A DNA stretch of 64,000 bases from Gammaproteobacteria bacterium (GCA_003233345.1 QILK01000244.1:5977-69976), one strand, 5' to 3'. Positions 41,332 through 51,749 are shown, counted from the stretch's first letter. The notes: generated by a model not told the origin, from the sequence alone. Made by a program: numbers and translations.

Positions 41332-41529
41332 GTGAAAAAGCGTTTGAACGAACTAGAGTCCAGATTAACATTTCAGGACGATACTATACAGGAACTTAAT
41401 AAAGTACTAATACATCAGCAAAATCAGATTGATAATCTAGTCAGTCAGGTGGAGCAGCTGAAGCATTATATTCAGTCGATGGAGCCTCCAACGATGGAAA
41501 AACCGTCTGAGCCGCCACCGCATTATTGA
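41332..41529 (+). CDS. slyX: SlyX-family protein
   Basis: 65-aa coiled-coil starting LESRLTFQDDTIQELN, typical of SlyX. Confidence 0.8.
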   Translation: MKKRLNELESRLTFQDDTIQELNKVLIHQQNQIDNLVSQVEQLKHYIQSMEPPTMEKPSEPPPHY

Positions 41530-41556
41530 AAAAGGCTAGACTAAGGCTGTTTTAAC

Positions 41557-41757
41557 CACCTAAAGGCGATAAAAATTTACAGGCTGAATAGCGACTTTAG
41601 GGTTTTTATTTTCCTAAAGGCATTAACTATTTGTGGGTGAATGAGGTACTTTAGATTTTTATTTTCCTAAAGGCGTTAAATATTTGGGGGTAAATCAGGT
41701 GCTTTAGTTTTTTATTTTCCTAAAGGCGTTATATTTTTCTGCGCCAATCACCTGGTG
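41557..41757. repeat. Tandem array of about 3.5 copies of a 53-56-bp repeat (CTTTAGnTTTTTATTTTCCTAAAGGCGTTAAATATTTGGGGGTAAATCAGGTG)
   Basis: Direct tandem units at 41595, 41649 and 41702, with a partial unit starting at 41557. Intergenic, just after slyX. Confidence 0.7.
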
Positions 41758-42033
41758 AATTCGCAAAAAACCCAATAATATTAAAGGGATAAAGAAGGTT
41801 TTTCGATCTAAATTCGTGCATCAGTCACAATTTACAAGATTAGTATTAGTTGCCAAGCCCAATGTGATTGTCACACATTGACAACGCGTTGTTATGAATT
41901 AACTTAAGTCTATCTCAATCAAATCGGTAAATACTGCTTAACAAAATGTGAGCTTATTGCCGTTGGTGTTCCATATTTTATCTGTTGATGTTCCTAAGTA
42001 TTTGCTTGGCAATCCTGTCTGGAGGGATTCAAA

Positions 42034-42495
42034 ATGAAAGTATCAGTTAAGGCGGTAGTCGTATTGTTTGCTGTAGTTATAAGTTTGGTGTTGGGTGGCT
42101 GTTCCAAGTTTAGAAAAGGCAAAGCGGAGAATGGTTATAGTAAGCAAAAGGTGGTCTACCACATTAATAATATCAACTCGGCATTCCTGGCACTCAGAAA
42201 TGTTAAAAATCACTTGAATTCCCTCGGAGAAGGTAATGCACATATTATAGTGGTTGCTCACGCCAGTGGTGCCTATACTCTGGTCGATGGCGCAGAAGAT
42301 AGTAAAGGGCGGTCATTTGGCGCGACAATACAAAACTTGTCAACACGTGGTGTTAAATTTCAAATTTGCTCCAACACCATACGCAATAAAAAAATCAAAA
42401 AAGATAAAATAAACCTAAATGCTGAAATAATTCCTTCTGGTGCGGCACATCTAGTGCACCTCCAACAGAAAGGTTATCTTTATGTAAAGCCTTAA
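42034..42495 (+). CDS. DsrE/DsrF-like family lipoprotein
   Basis: Signal peptide with lipobox LGGC. The mature ~125-aa region has a DsrE-like pattern (VV.H.N....AL.N.....G......IVV.H..G; GVKFQIC.NT). Confidence 0.5.
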   Translation: MKVSVKAVVVLFAVVISLVLGGCSKFRKGKAENGYSKQKVVYHINNINSAFLALRNVKNHLNSLGEGNAHIIVVAHASGAYTLVDGAEDSKGRSFGATIQNLSTRGVKFQICSNTIRNKKIKKDKINLNAEIIPSGAAHLVHLQQKGYLYVKP

Positions 42496-42739
42496 TCTGT
42501 CTGTTCCCGGTCTTTTAACAAGCTAGATATTGATATCGATACAGGTGCTTCTGTCCCTCATCAGAAGCCCTGTCAGGTTTTCCGTCTGATCGCCTGATTT
42601 TTATATATTTCTATTTATTTTCCCCGCTAACTGTTGTAATCCACGCAAAAATGAGCGAGACAGAGAAACTATTAATAAGTTGTTTAGATATATTGTAAAA
42701 GTGCATATAATAATCGAGAGACAAACGTTGGGGGATGTG

Positions 42740-43801
42740 ATGAATCGGTTTTATAAAGTAGCACTACTTTTTGTGACTATTTATATGGGTGGTTGCTCAA
42801 GTATCAATAATTTTCTTTCTACTGACGGTGTTGTAAGTGAGCCATCAAGCAACAGTATCGTCGCAGATCGCCTCATTTCTGAAAAAAAAGACAATGACAA
42901 ACCCAAATTTGTTGCCGTAGATAAGCAAGGCGCTGTCGATATTCCAGAGCATGCGGAGCATGCGAAAATAAAGCTGGCTGGTCTATATTATCGGTTGGCA
43001 TTGCTTTACCAGAAAAAAGGAGAGTATAACCAGGCCGTGATCGAGCTTAATAAGGCGCTGAAAATAGATTTGGTTAATCTTGGGAAAAATCATCGTCGAG
43101 TGGGCACCATCTACAGTATGCTTGGCACTATCTACTATAAAAAAAGAAAATACCCGCTTTCGGTAACGAATTTCAAAAAATCAGTGGCAGTTGCGCGTTC
43201 ACAATTCAGGAAAAACGATATAAAAAGTCGGCTTAGATTGTCCAGTGAATTGGGGAACATTGGACTGGCCTATTGGAAATCTGGAGAGCTTGATAGTGCT
43301 ATAAAGTCGCTAAAAGAAGCACAACAGATTTCAGCTGTTGTTAAAAAACAGCCAAAGAGAAAAGTTGCCAATCGTTATATTTATTTAGGCCTTGTCTATT
43401 GGAAAAAGAAGGATTATAAATTGGCGATTTCAAATTACCTAAAAGCGGTTGAAATTGAAAAGCAACTTTTAGGGAAAGATCATTATCAGTTGACAAAAAG
43501 GTATGCCAACTTAGGGTTGCTATTCCGGCTGGATGGTAATGCGCCTAAGTCGATAGAATATTATTCCTTGGCATTGGTGTTGGAACAAAAAGAGCATGGC
43601 GATCATCACAGTGTGGTAGCCAATCGCTACAGTGATTTAGCGGCAATATATCGGCGTAGTGGCAATATAAAAAAGGCGATTTCCACTTATCAAAAAGTGG
43701 TGACTATACGCAGCAAACACCTGGGAAAGCAGCATCCAAAAACTGTCGCCATACAAAAACGTATTAGTATGCTCAAGAATCAACCGAAGCGCCAAAAGTA
43801 A
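42740..43801 (+). CDS. TPR-repeat lipoprotein
   Basis: Start moved to MNRFYKVALLFVTIYMGGCSS, which has a GGGGG SD. It is followed by about 7 TPR-like repeats (AxxYxxLGxxYxxxGxYxxA). Confidence 0.65.
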   Translation: MNRFYKVALLFVTIYMGGCSSINNFLSTDGVVSEPSSNSIVADRLISEKKDNDKPKFVAVDKQGAVDIPEHAEHAKIKLAGLYYRLALLYQKKGEYNQAVIELNKALKIDLVNLGKNHRRVGTIYSMLGTIYYKKRKYPLSVTNFKKSVAVARSQFRKNDIKSRLRLSSELGNIGLAYWKSGELDSAIKSLKEAQQISAVVKKQPKRKVANRYIYLGLVYWKKKDYKLAISNYLKAVEIEKQLLGKDHYQLTKRYANLGLLFRLDGNAPKSIEYYSLALVLEQKEHGDHHSVVANRYSDLAAIYRRSGNIKKAISTYQKVVTIRSKHLGKQHPKTVAIQKRISMLKNQPKRQK

Positions 43802-43833
43802 CTAACCGTGTCGAGTTGTATGTTGTCGTCAGT

Positions 43834-44703
43834 TTAGCATCCGCGCGTATTGTACCAGATCCATGGGCCAGTTTTTTCGTCTTTCCATTTAACCCAGCCT
43901 TGATACTTCGTTGCGTTAACGACTTGCTTGTTCGAGCAATAATCAGAAGGCTGGGTCATTTCGATTCGCATCCAGTCGTCTCTAATCTCGAGGATATTGA
44001 AGTGGTAGTTTTCTCGGTACGCAGGAACCCATTTAAGGCGCTTTGAAGCGATACTGGGTTCCTCTCTTAGTGAATGCCTTACTCTGGAGCGGAAATACAT
44101 AGGCGATTTTTTGCTAAAATGTTGTTCCCAGCTTTTGAAAGATAATTTTATTGTCCCTGATGAAATAAGGCATTGATGTGTCCAGGCGATACCTGTCGGC
44201 CCTTCTGAATGGCGGAATTTTATCCAGCCATCTTTTCTTATCTGGTAAGCAATAAAGGTAGGAGACTCATAACCAGTTTCCACCATGCCATTGGAGTTGA
44301 AAGGTGTGACTTTGGTTTTACTGCTATTGATAAACCAGCCATTAATAATCCAGGCAATAGGTTGACTGCCGGGTTTATTGAAAATCGGCAGTCGTACCTG
44401 TTTTTTCCAATCACCTTTGGAATTAAGTTCGTCCGGTGACAAATGCCCAATACCCAAATTAGCACGCGTATTAAAAACTTTTAGGGGCTGGTACGAAAGA
44501 CTTGGTATTTGCACTTTCGGAATGTCTGGGGGTAGGGGTAATTGCGATCGAATTTCGTTACAGCTATCAGGTGAGTAACTGTAAGGGTTTTTTGGAAAGC
44601 TGGCTAAGCTAACGACTAGGAGGCTTAATATTAAAGGAGCCAAGGCAAAACGATTAGATCTAGGCATTTCAACAATCCTGGTGTCACGGGGTTTGTGGTA
44701 CAT
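43834..44703 (-). CDS. Hypothetical secreted protein
   Basis: 289-aa ORF. A signal peptide follows the internal Met (MPRSNRFALAPLILSLLVVSLASF). Confidence 0.45.
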   Translation of the reverse strand: MYHKPRDTRIVEMPRSNRFALAPLILSLLVVSLASFPKNPYSYSPDSCNEIRSQLPLPPDIPKVQIPSLSYQPLKVFNTRANLGIGHLSPDELNSKGDWKKQVRLPIFNKPGSQPIAWIINGWFINSSKTKVTPFNSNGMVETGYESPTFIAYQIRKDGWIKFRHSEGPTGIAWTHQCLISSGTIKLSFKSWEQHFSKKSPMYFRSRVRHSLREEPSIASKRLKWVPAYRENYHFNILEIRDDWMRIEMTQPSDYCSNKQVVNATKYQGWVKWKDEKTGPWIWYNTRGC

Positions 44704-44822
44704 AAGATAAAATATAGTTTAAAAATTAAACCGAATTACAAAATTTCGATATGAATATTACAACAATATTGACAAGGTATTGATTTGTCTTTATTAGTTT
44801 TTTTACTTAGTTAATTGAACAA

Positions 44823-44978
44823 GTAGCCCGGACTTCGCGTAGCGAACGCCGGGAGAACGAACATCCTCCTCTTCCGTGCTTTAGTCAGCTACCAACTACC
44901 TTGCGCATACGCTTGTTTCAATTGAATCTCGAACTCTATTCCTTTTCCCCGGCGTTCGCTGCGCGAAGTCCGGGCTAC
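44823..44978. mobile_element. MITE-like palindromic element (156 bp) with ~32-bp terminal inverted repeats
   Basis: GTAGCCCGGACTTCGCGTAGCGAACGCCGGG ... CCCGGCGTTCGCTGCGCGAAGTCCGGGCTAC. The core is the reverse complement of the core of the 59232 copy. Confidence 0.65.
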
Positions 44979-45018
44979 GGATCTACATTCTATGTAGAAA
45001 GGATTCGTTGGTCGCGGA

Positions 45019-45639
45019 TTAGTTACCAAATTTTCGCCGTCTGAGTGATCTTCGCGGATCAATTACCTGACGGTCCAGTGTCAGGTGATTTAGTTTGGGC
45101 TGTAATTTTTGTACCCAGCTAATATCTCTGACGATCATGTCGCTAACGGATACCTTTGTTGAGCGACGACGACTGAAATCAAATTTGATATTACCCAGGT
45201 AAGCAGTAAGCCCAGGATTCACGCGGAAACGGAATGAGGTATTATATTGATGAAAATGGTAGAGCTTGGTACCAAACAGTCCTTTTTTTAGCATTTCTCC
45301 ATGATAGCTGGAAATGGAATATATCCCCGGTTTTAACTTTAGAAAATCAATTGCTGACCCGTTCATTTTAAGGTGTGCGTTATTTTGTAGTAGATTGGCG
45401 TCGATATAGCCGGCGATTCTGCCATTGATATCTTTAATTGTAATACGAATTTTTGCGCTGATAGCGCCCTTTTGCGTCAGTGTTGCCATGACCAAACCGT
45501 AATTTTCGTCGCCTTTGAATTCTACTAGCGTATTACTATTATGAGAGCGATTGATTAAATTTCGCGCATGGCAATCAATAAAAATTGTTAGGATAGCTAG
45601 CAAAGATAAGGATTTTACGGTTATATTTTTTGCTGGCAT
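45019..45639 (-). CDS. Secreted protein, paralog family A (second copy)
   Basis: Signal peptide. Its C-terminus (RVNPGLTAYLGNIKFDF...HLTLDRQV) matches the 39889-40497 protein. Confidence 0.5.
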   Translation of the reverse strand: MPAKNITVKSLSLLAILTIFIDCHARNLINRSHNSNTLVEFKGDENYGLVMATLTQKGAISAKIRITIKDINGRIAGYIDANLLQNNAHLKMNGSAIDFLKLKPGIYSISSYHGEMLKKGLFGTKLYHFHQYNTSFRFRVNPGLTAYLGNIKFDFSRRRSTKVSVSDMIVRDISWVQKLQPKLNHLTLDRQVIDPRRSLRRRKFGN

Positions 45640-45724
45640 AATGCGGCCTCATAATTGAGTGAAAAATAATTTGGCTAGAACGGGTGTCAGTTTGGATAAT
45701 CGCAAGGATCATGCCGATCATTGG

Positions 45725-46297
45725 CTAGGCCGTTTTATTTTTATAGGAATCGGATTCGTCAATAGGTTCGCTAACTGAATCCTCGATATGGTTTAAGGGC
45801 TCCAGCTCAATATTTTCATTAGCAAATTTAGTGGCCAGATGAATTCTAACAAGTTGGGTTAATTGTCGCGAAGGGGCTGATTTTTTTCTAAATAATCTCG
45901 GGTCGAAAAGGTTTTTAAAAATCTGTACAGGGGTCATGAGTATCCCCCATGGAAGAGACCACCATCCAAACATCATTGAATAGGCAATTCCTTTTAATCT
46001 ATATTTAAGGCCACAGGCGCTACAACAAATGTACGGATTACTTCTCCATGAGGTAACGACTATCGCTGACCAGATGGTATAGGAAAAATGGACATCGACA
46101 TGTTTGTCTGAATGGCACTTTGGGCAGGGGGATTTAAAAATATTGAGCGTACTTTTATAAACTAGATCTTGCGGGATATTTTTTGCAAAATCGACATAGG
46201 GCGAACACTTTTCGCAGTGGGCACTGCAAAAATGTTTTTCTCCATCTCTAATACCTCCTAGTAAAACTGGGCTATCACAATAGCTGCATTTATTCAA
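45725..46297 (-). CDS. Zinc-ribbon membrane protein, unknown function
   Basis: Two CxxC...CxxC pairs, then 2 TM helices. Confidence 0.4.
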   Translation of the reverse strand: MNKCSYCDSPVLLGGIRDGEKHFCSAHCEKCSPYVDFAKNIPQDLVYKSTLNIFKSPCPKCHSDKHVDVHFSYTIWSAIVVTSWRSNPYICCSACGLKYRLKGIAYSMMFGWWSLPWGILMTPVQIFKNLFDPRLFRKKSAPSRQLTQLVRIHLATKFANENIELEPLNHIEDSVSEPIDESDSYKNKTA

Positions 46298-46411
46298 GAA
46301 TCACCTCAAGGGAACTAGTTATTGGGTATCGATTAAAGTGTTTCATGATCACAATTATATTTCAACATTGCAAAAATAGTGTAAGTTTGACAGCGCTAAC
46401 ATGGAGTTGAC

Positions 46412-47731
46412 TTAATGATTTTTATATTTTTCGATAATACTAATTAGATCGTTAATGGGCATGGCTTTGCCAATTTGATAACCTTGGGCACGGTTTACCC
46501 CGAGTTTTTTGATGTTTGTGAGTATCGCTTCGGACTCGACACCTTCACCTACTACTTCAAGCTTAAAGCGGTGTGCCAAGTCCGCGACAAGTTGAACGAT
46601 GTTCCAGTTTTCGCTGCCGACGCTTAGTCCCATCAGAAAAGATTTATCGATTTTAAGTTCATCAATAGGCAACCTGTTTAAGTAATTGAGTGAAGAAAAC
46701 CCAGTTCCAAAATCATCGATCGAAATTTTAGCGCCGATGTTCTTTAATGTATTAAGTATTCCGATAGTATGGTCAACATTATTCATCATGACACTTTCGG
46801 TTATCTCAAGTACTAAATTTGAAGCAGGTATACTCCACAACTTTATTGCCCGCCCAATGAATTCTACAAATTGGTAATCATCCAATAACGAAGATGAAAC
46901 GTTGATCGAGACCGAAATATCAGGGTGTTGCTCTAACAATTCACGGGATTGTCTAAGGGCTGTATTAACAACCCATTCCGAGAGCACCCGAGTGGTGTCT
47001 GTTTTTTCAGCTATTGGAAAAAATATTTCTGGCGAGATAAACCCGTGTTTATGGTTGTGCCATCGCGCCAATACTTCAAATCCAGATATTGACTGGGTTT
47101 GCAGACAAAGTTGTGGTTGATATAATAAAAACAGCTCATTCCTTTTTATTGATTCTGCTAAATCTTCTGCAAGCAAGTATTCTTTTTCAAATGCTTGATC
47201 AAACGAAGGGTCAAAAAACGAATAGGTTTGCCCACGGTCTATTGTGTATTCCAATGCTTTTTCCGCACATTGCAGTAATCGCGTGCCGGTATTAGCTGTA
47301 TCTGGAAAAATCACCGCGCCGATTTTTAGACGGGCTTTTATTTTTGTTTTATCAATACACAAGCCTTCATCCGTTATTCGTATAAGCTTGTCTATCGCCA
47401 GCAAAACGATATCTTCTGATGCGATCGGGTCAAGAAAAATCGCGATTCTATTTTCCTGCAGAACAAAAAAAAGATCATCGTTTCTTAGGATTGATTTTAG
47501 GTTGGTGACAACTTTCGAGCAAAAGCGAATGCCGGTTGCTACGCCATATTGCTTATCGATCGTTAGAAAATTATTAATCTCGACTAATAACAAAGATTTT
47601 TTAAAGGCTTGCCTGGCATTGATGTTCAGGCGTCTATCCAGGTTCTGAATGAGTTCGAGACGACTGGAATGTGCAGGTATATTTTCAGGGTTCAAATGAA
47701 AAATGCTCCAGGATCTATACCAAACGCCCAA
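46412..47731 (-). CDS. EAL-domain c-di-GMP phosphodiesterase with degenerate N-terminal GGDEF-like domain
   Basis: EVL variant of the EAL motif (GFEVLARW) plus downstream EAL motifs (DDFGTG, ELKIDKSF, KLEVVGEGVE). No GGDEF motif in the N-terminal domain. Confidence 0.8.
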   Translation of the reverse strand: MGVWYRSWSIFHLNPENIPAHSSRLELIQNLDRRLNINARQAFKKSLLLVEINNFLTIDKQYGVATGIRFCSKVVTNLKSILRNDDLFFVLQENRIAIFLDPIASEDIVLLAIDKLIRITDEGLCIDKTKIKARLKIGAVIFPDTANTGTRLLQCAEKALEYTIDRGQTYSFFDPSFDQAFEKEYLLAEDLAESIKRNELFLLYQPQLCLQTQSISGFEVLARWHNHKHGFISPEIFFPIAEKTDTTRVLSEWVVNTALRQSRELLEQHPDISVSINVSSSLLDDYQFVEFIGRAIKLWSIPASNLVLEITESVMMNNVDHTIGILNTLKNIGAKISIDDFGTGFSSLNYLNRLPIDELKIDKSFLMGLSVGSENWNIVQLVADLAHRFKLEVVGEGVESEAILTNIKKLGVNRAQGYQIGKAMPINDLISIIEKYKNH

Positions 47732-48924
47732 GGCTCGTGTGTGGTGACTATCTCCAGTGGTTTAGATTCTGCATCGGTTTCTACCAGAGCCAGGTCGATG
47801 ACAGGCAGGGCGTGGATCATCACATGCTTGTGGTCGAGAACGAGCATGACTCGTGGGCGCAGCCGTCGTGTGCGATTCTGACTTAAGACTATTCCGATTT
47901 CACCAGAAGACAGTTCGACAATACTACCAGTAGGAAATATCCCTAAACACTGGATAAATTCTTCTACCAGTTCACTTTGAAATTCAATATCGCGCCATTC
48001 ATATAAACAGCGAATGGCATTTAGAGGTGACAAAGCTTTGCAGTAGGATCGTTCGGTAGTGATTGCATCATAGCAATCGACAATAGCAGCAATACGGGAA
48101 AAAACCGGTATCTGCGATCCTTTGAGTCCTTGTGGATAGCCACTGCCGTTCGCCCTTTCGTGATGATGCATTGCAATTTCGATTGACTTGGTACTCATAT
48201 TTCCGCTTTGTTGCATAATCGACACGCTGTGTTCTACATGCGTTTTAACTAATTCAAACTCTTCTTCGCTAAGGCGGCCTGGTTTTGATAATAGACCGCG
48301 GGGAAGTTTAGTTTTACCAATATCGCAAAGCATGACGCCGACTGCCAAGTGGTTTAATTCGTTGACACTCAACCCAAGATGGCGGCCAAAGGCGACCGCC
48401 AGCGTAGCCGAGTCAATAGAATGCTTGTAGGCATAAGTGTCAATACATTTTAATTTGGTTAACCAAAGAAACGCATCTGGATTCCGAACAATGCTGGTAA
48501 CCATGTCTTTGACCAGCAATTTCATTTTTGATATTTCCAGCGCTTTATCATTTCCAGCGTCTTGCATCATTTGCTCGACCTGGGTTATCAGGCTGGAATG
48601 ACATTCTTTTGCGAATTTAATTTCATCCTCGACCAGCTTGGTATCCTGGTAACGTATGATTGCTTTTGGTAGGTCTGCTATTCGATTAGTTTTTTGGCCA
48701 GCGGCGGGAATATTTTGCAGTTGACTTTGATAGGGTGCTTTGTCGTGATCAATAAAGACATAAAGGCAATACTTACTTAGCGTATCGACTTCGCTCGTCG
48801 TGCGAATATAAAAACCTTGGAACAAAAAGGGCGTTTCCAGCCAAGGTCTGTCGAGTCTGGATACATACATTCCAACCTTGAGGTTAGCTATTTTTACTTT
48901 TGATTCCACGTGATAGTAACCCAT
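47692..48924 (-). CDS. HD-GYP domain c-di-GMP phosphodiesterase
   Basis: HD...HHERANGSGYP motif. It overlaps the EAL gene by 40 nt on the same strand. Confidence 0.8.
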   Translation of the reverse strand: MGYYHVESKVKIANLKVGMYVSRLDRPWLETPFLFQGFYIRTTSEVDTLSKYCLYVFIDHDKAPYQSQLQNIPAAGQKTNRIADLPKAIIRYQDTKLVEDEIKFAKECHSSLITQVEQMMQDAGNDKALEISKMKLLVKDMVTSIVRNPDAFLWLTKLKCIDTYAYKHSIDSATLAVAFGRHLGLSVNELNHLAVGVMLCDIGKTKLPRGLLSKPGRLSEEEFELVKTHVEHSVSIMQQSGNMSTKSIEIAMHHHERANGSGYPQGLKGSQIPVFSRIAAIVDCYDAITTERSYCKALSPLNAIRCLYEWRDIEFQSELVEEFIQCLGIFPTGSIVELSSGEIGIVLSQNRTRRLRPRVMLVLDHKHVMIHALPVIDLALVETDAESKPLEIVTTHEPWAFGIDPGAFFI

Positions 48925-49165
48925 AGTAATGAACGGAAATAAATCAATAGGTATCCGTGAATATATCGGTCAATCAGGCTAAACCTTGATGGTCAGATGA
49001 ATAGCTAACCTGAATATGTCATAAATGATGAACCGACTATCTGCAATGATAACGTTTAATCAAAGGCTTATTAGTAATTTTTTGTGTTGTTAGTTGTTAT
49101 ATTTTCGGTTGTTTGGGAATTTAGTGGATTCAGGGTTACTATCCTTTTTCAGCAGCGCCCTTTAC

Positions 49166-49515
49166 ATCCGCGAGCCACAAGATTTTTTTCAGCGCAGACA
49201 ACTGGGGTTGTAATGACGCTGAAAAAAACTTCGCGGATGACGGGCTTCCATTGAATTTAGGGAAAACCTAAATATCTTCACTGCTGTTTTGTTAACTTCA
49301 AATCGTCATTCCGGACTTGTTCTGGCATTCAGGAAGTTGTTGAAAATACTGGATTCCGGAACAAGTCCAGAATGACGGGAAAGCGAGTGAAATATCTTAT
49401 AAAAAAAATACCAAAGTCAAATTCACTGGAAGCCCCTCTACGGTCAGTCAGAAGATTTTTTTTCGCGACTGAGCCACGGTGTGGAGTGAAAAAAAAACTT
49501 GTGACTGACCGTACT
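49166..49515. repeat. Cluster of three related REP-like palindromic units (long imperfect hairpins)
   Basis: Units at ~49166-49236, 49304-49378 and 49437-49515. They share arms of the form CGTCAT(C/T)CG.GAAGTT and poly-T/poly-A inner arms, each folding into hairpins longer than 20 bp. Confidence 0.5.
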
Positions 49516-49629
49516 AAAAAAGAATAACAGCCCAAAATCCAAATTATTTAAGAAATAAGCAAGCGAGCCTAATTTCCCGGAAATTTAGCGAGATATCTTC
49601 AGATAATATTAGCCCTGGTTTTATTAGGC

Positions 49630-51749
49630 TTAATTGCGCCGACTTTGCCTATGCTTTTTCTGTTTAGGTCGCGGCTTGCCGTGGCTTGGCTGCGAGTTCG
49701 GCACCAGCTGGTGTTTACCGCTACCGATCAAGTCAGACCGCCCCATTTTTTTCAGGGCATCACGTAAGATGGGCCAGTTCTTGGGGTCATGATAGCGTAA
49801 AAAAGCTTTATGCAGCTTGCGATTTTTTTCGCCCTTGACGGTATAGACATTCTCTGAGTCTTTTGTCACCCGTTTCAGTGGGTTTTTTTCTGAATGATAC
49901 ATTGCCGTCGCAACCGCGAGTGGTGATGGTAAAAAACCTTGCACCTGGTCGGGTCGAAAGCGATTGTGTTTTAACCATAGCGCAAGATTAAGCATATCAT
50001 TATCCGTTGTTCCTGGATGTGCGGAAATAAAATAAGGAATCAGGTATTGCTCCTTACCTGCTTCGGCAGAATATTTTTCGAAGAGTTGCTTAAATTCATT
50101 GTAGGCCCCAATGCCCGGTTTCATCATTTTATTCAACGGGCCTTGCTCGGTATGTTCGGGGGCGATTTTAAGATAGCCACCGACATGATGGGTGACCAGT
50201 TCTTTGATATATTCCGGTGAGCGCAGCGCTACGCTAGATCGTATCTAAGTCCCGAGGCAACAAATATCCGCTTAATACCCTTTATTTTTCGTGCACGCCG
50301 GTAGAGAGCGATCAAGGGGTCGTGGTTAGTGATAAGGTTTTTACAAATACCCGGAAATACGCACGATAAGCGTCGGCAGGACGCTTCTATTTTTTCGCTC
50401 TTGCAGGTTAACTTATACATGTTGGCCGTGGGGCCACCCAGATCGGAAATATTGCCGGTAAACCCTGGAACCGTATCGCGGATCGTTTCAATTTCACGAA
50501 TAACAGAATCTTCAGATCGGCTCTGGATTATTCGACCTTCATGCTCTGTTATCGAGCAAAAGGTGCAACCGCCAAAACAGCCGCGCATGATACTGATAGA
50601 GAAGCGAATCATTTCCCAGGCTGGTAGTTTTGCGTCTTTATAACTGGGGTGCGGTTTACGGGTATAAGGCAGCTCGTAGAGTTTATCCAGCTCTTCCGTG
50701 GCCAAGGGGTATGGCGGCGGGTTGAGCCAAATATAGCGTTTATCATGGCGCTGCATTAGCGCACGTGCGTTACCCGGATTTGTTTCCATGTGAAATACAC
50801 GCGAAGTATGTGCATATAGTATTGGATCGGCGACAACCCGGTCATACGGGGGAAGGCGGATAACCGTCTTATTTCTGTTAGGGACGAATTTTACGACCTG
50901 CCCACTATCGGGTTGATTCACCGGTTTATTGGTATTTTCATCTACGCGACAATCTTTGTTCCAGGCATACGGGTCAGGGGGATTTTCTATTCGCCCGAGT
51001 TTGTCTACGTTAGTAGAATCGATAATTGTCCAGTTGTCGAGCGGGCCTTTATTCATAAAAGCGGTGCCGCGAATATCGATTAGTTTATCGATAGTCTCGC
51101 CATTGGCCAATCTATGTGCGATCTCGGTAATCGCCCGTTCGGCGTTACCGAACACCAGCAGGTCCGCTTTTGAGTCAGGCAGAATGGATCGTCTGACCTT
51201 ATCGGACCAATAATCATAATGGGCGATACGGCGTAGGCTGGCTTCAATACCACCAATAATTACCGCAACGTTTTTATAGGCTTCCCTGATGCGTTGTGAA
51301 TAAACGATAACAGAACGATCAGGACGTTTACCACCAACGCCGTGGGGCGTATAAGAATCGTCGGTGCGAATTTTACGATCCGAAGTATAACGGTTTATCA
51401 TTGAGTCCATATTGCCAGCGGTAATACCAAAAAAAAGATTGGGTTTACCAAGTTCCATAAACGCCGTTTTTGATTGAAAGTCGGGTTGGGCAATGATCCC
51501 TACGCGGAAACCTTGTGATTCCAGCAGGCGTCCTACCAGGGCCATGCCAAAGCTTGGGTGATCGACATAGGCATCGCCGGTGACGATGATAATATCGCAA
51601 CTGTCCCACCCAAGCTGATCCATCTCTGCACGCGACATGGGCAAGACCGGGGCAATGCCAAATCGCTTGGCCCAGTAGGGACGGTAAGAAAATAGTTTTT
51701 TAGCAGCTAGCATGGCCGCTATTATGGTCGACTTACGGTTACGCTGCAA
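49630..51749 (-). pseudogene. ygiQ: ygiQ (UPF0313 radical SAM protein), split by a frameshift near 50229-50247
   Basis: The 506-aa ORF (CxxxCxxC radical SAM box CFGGCTFC) ends ...GLRYDLA*. The next frame reads ...[36 protein letters not shown], continuing E. coli YgiQ collinearity into the 168-aa ORF. Confidence 0.7.

Noticed and set aside
41557-41757. Possible CRISPR array
   Set aside because: The repeat units directly abut with no unique spacers, and the unit is 55 bp and AT-rich. It is a tandem repeat, not a CRISPR. No cas genes are present.
49329-49535. 68-aa ORF inside the REP-like hairpin cluster
   Set aside because: It spans palindromic repeats and has no RBS. It is a repeat-derived ORF.
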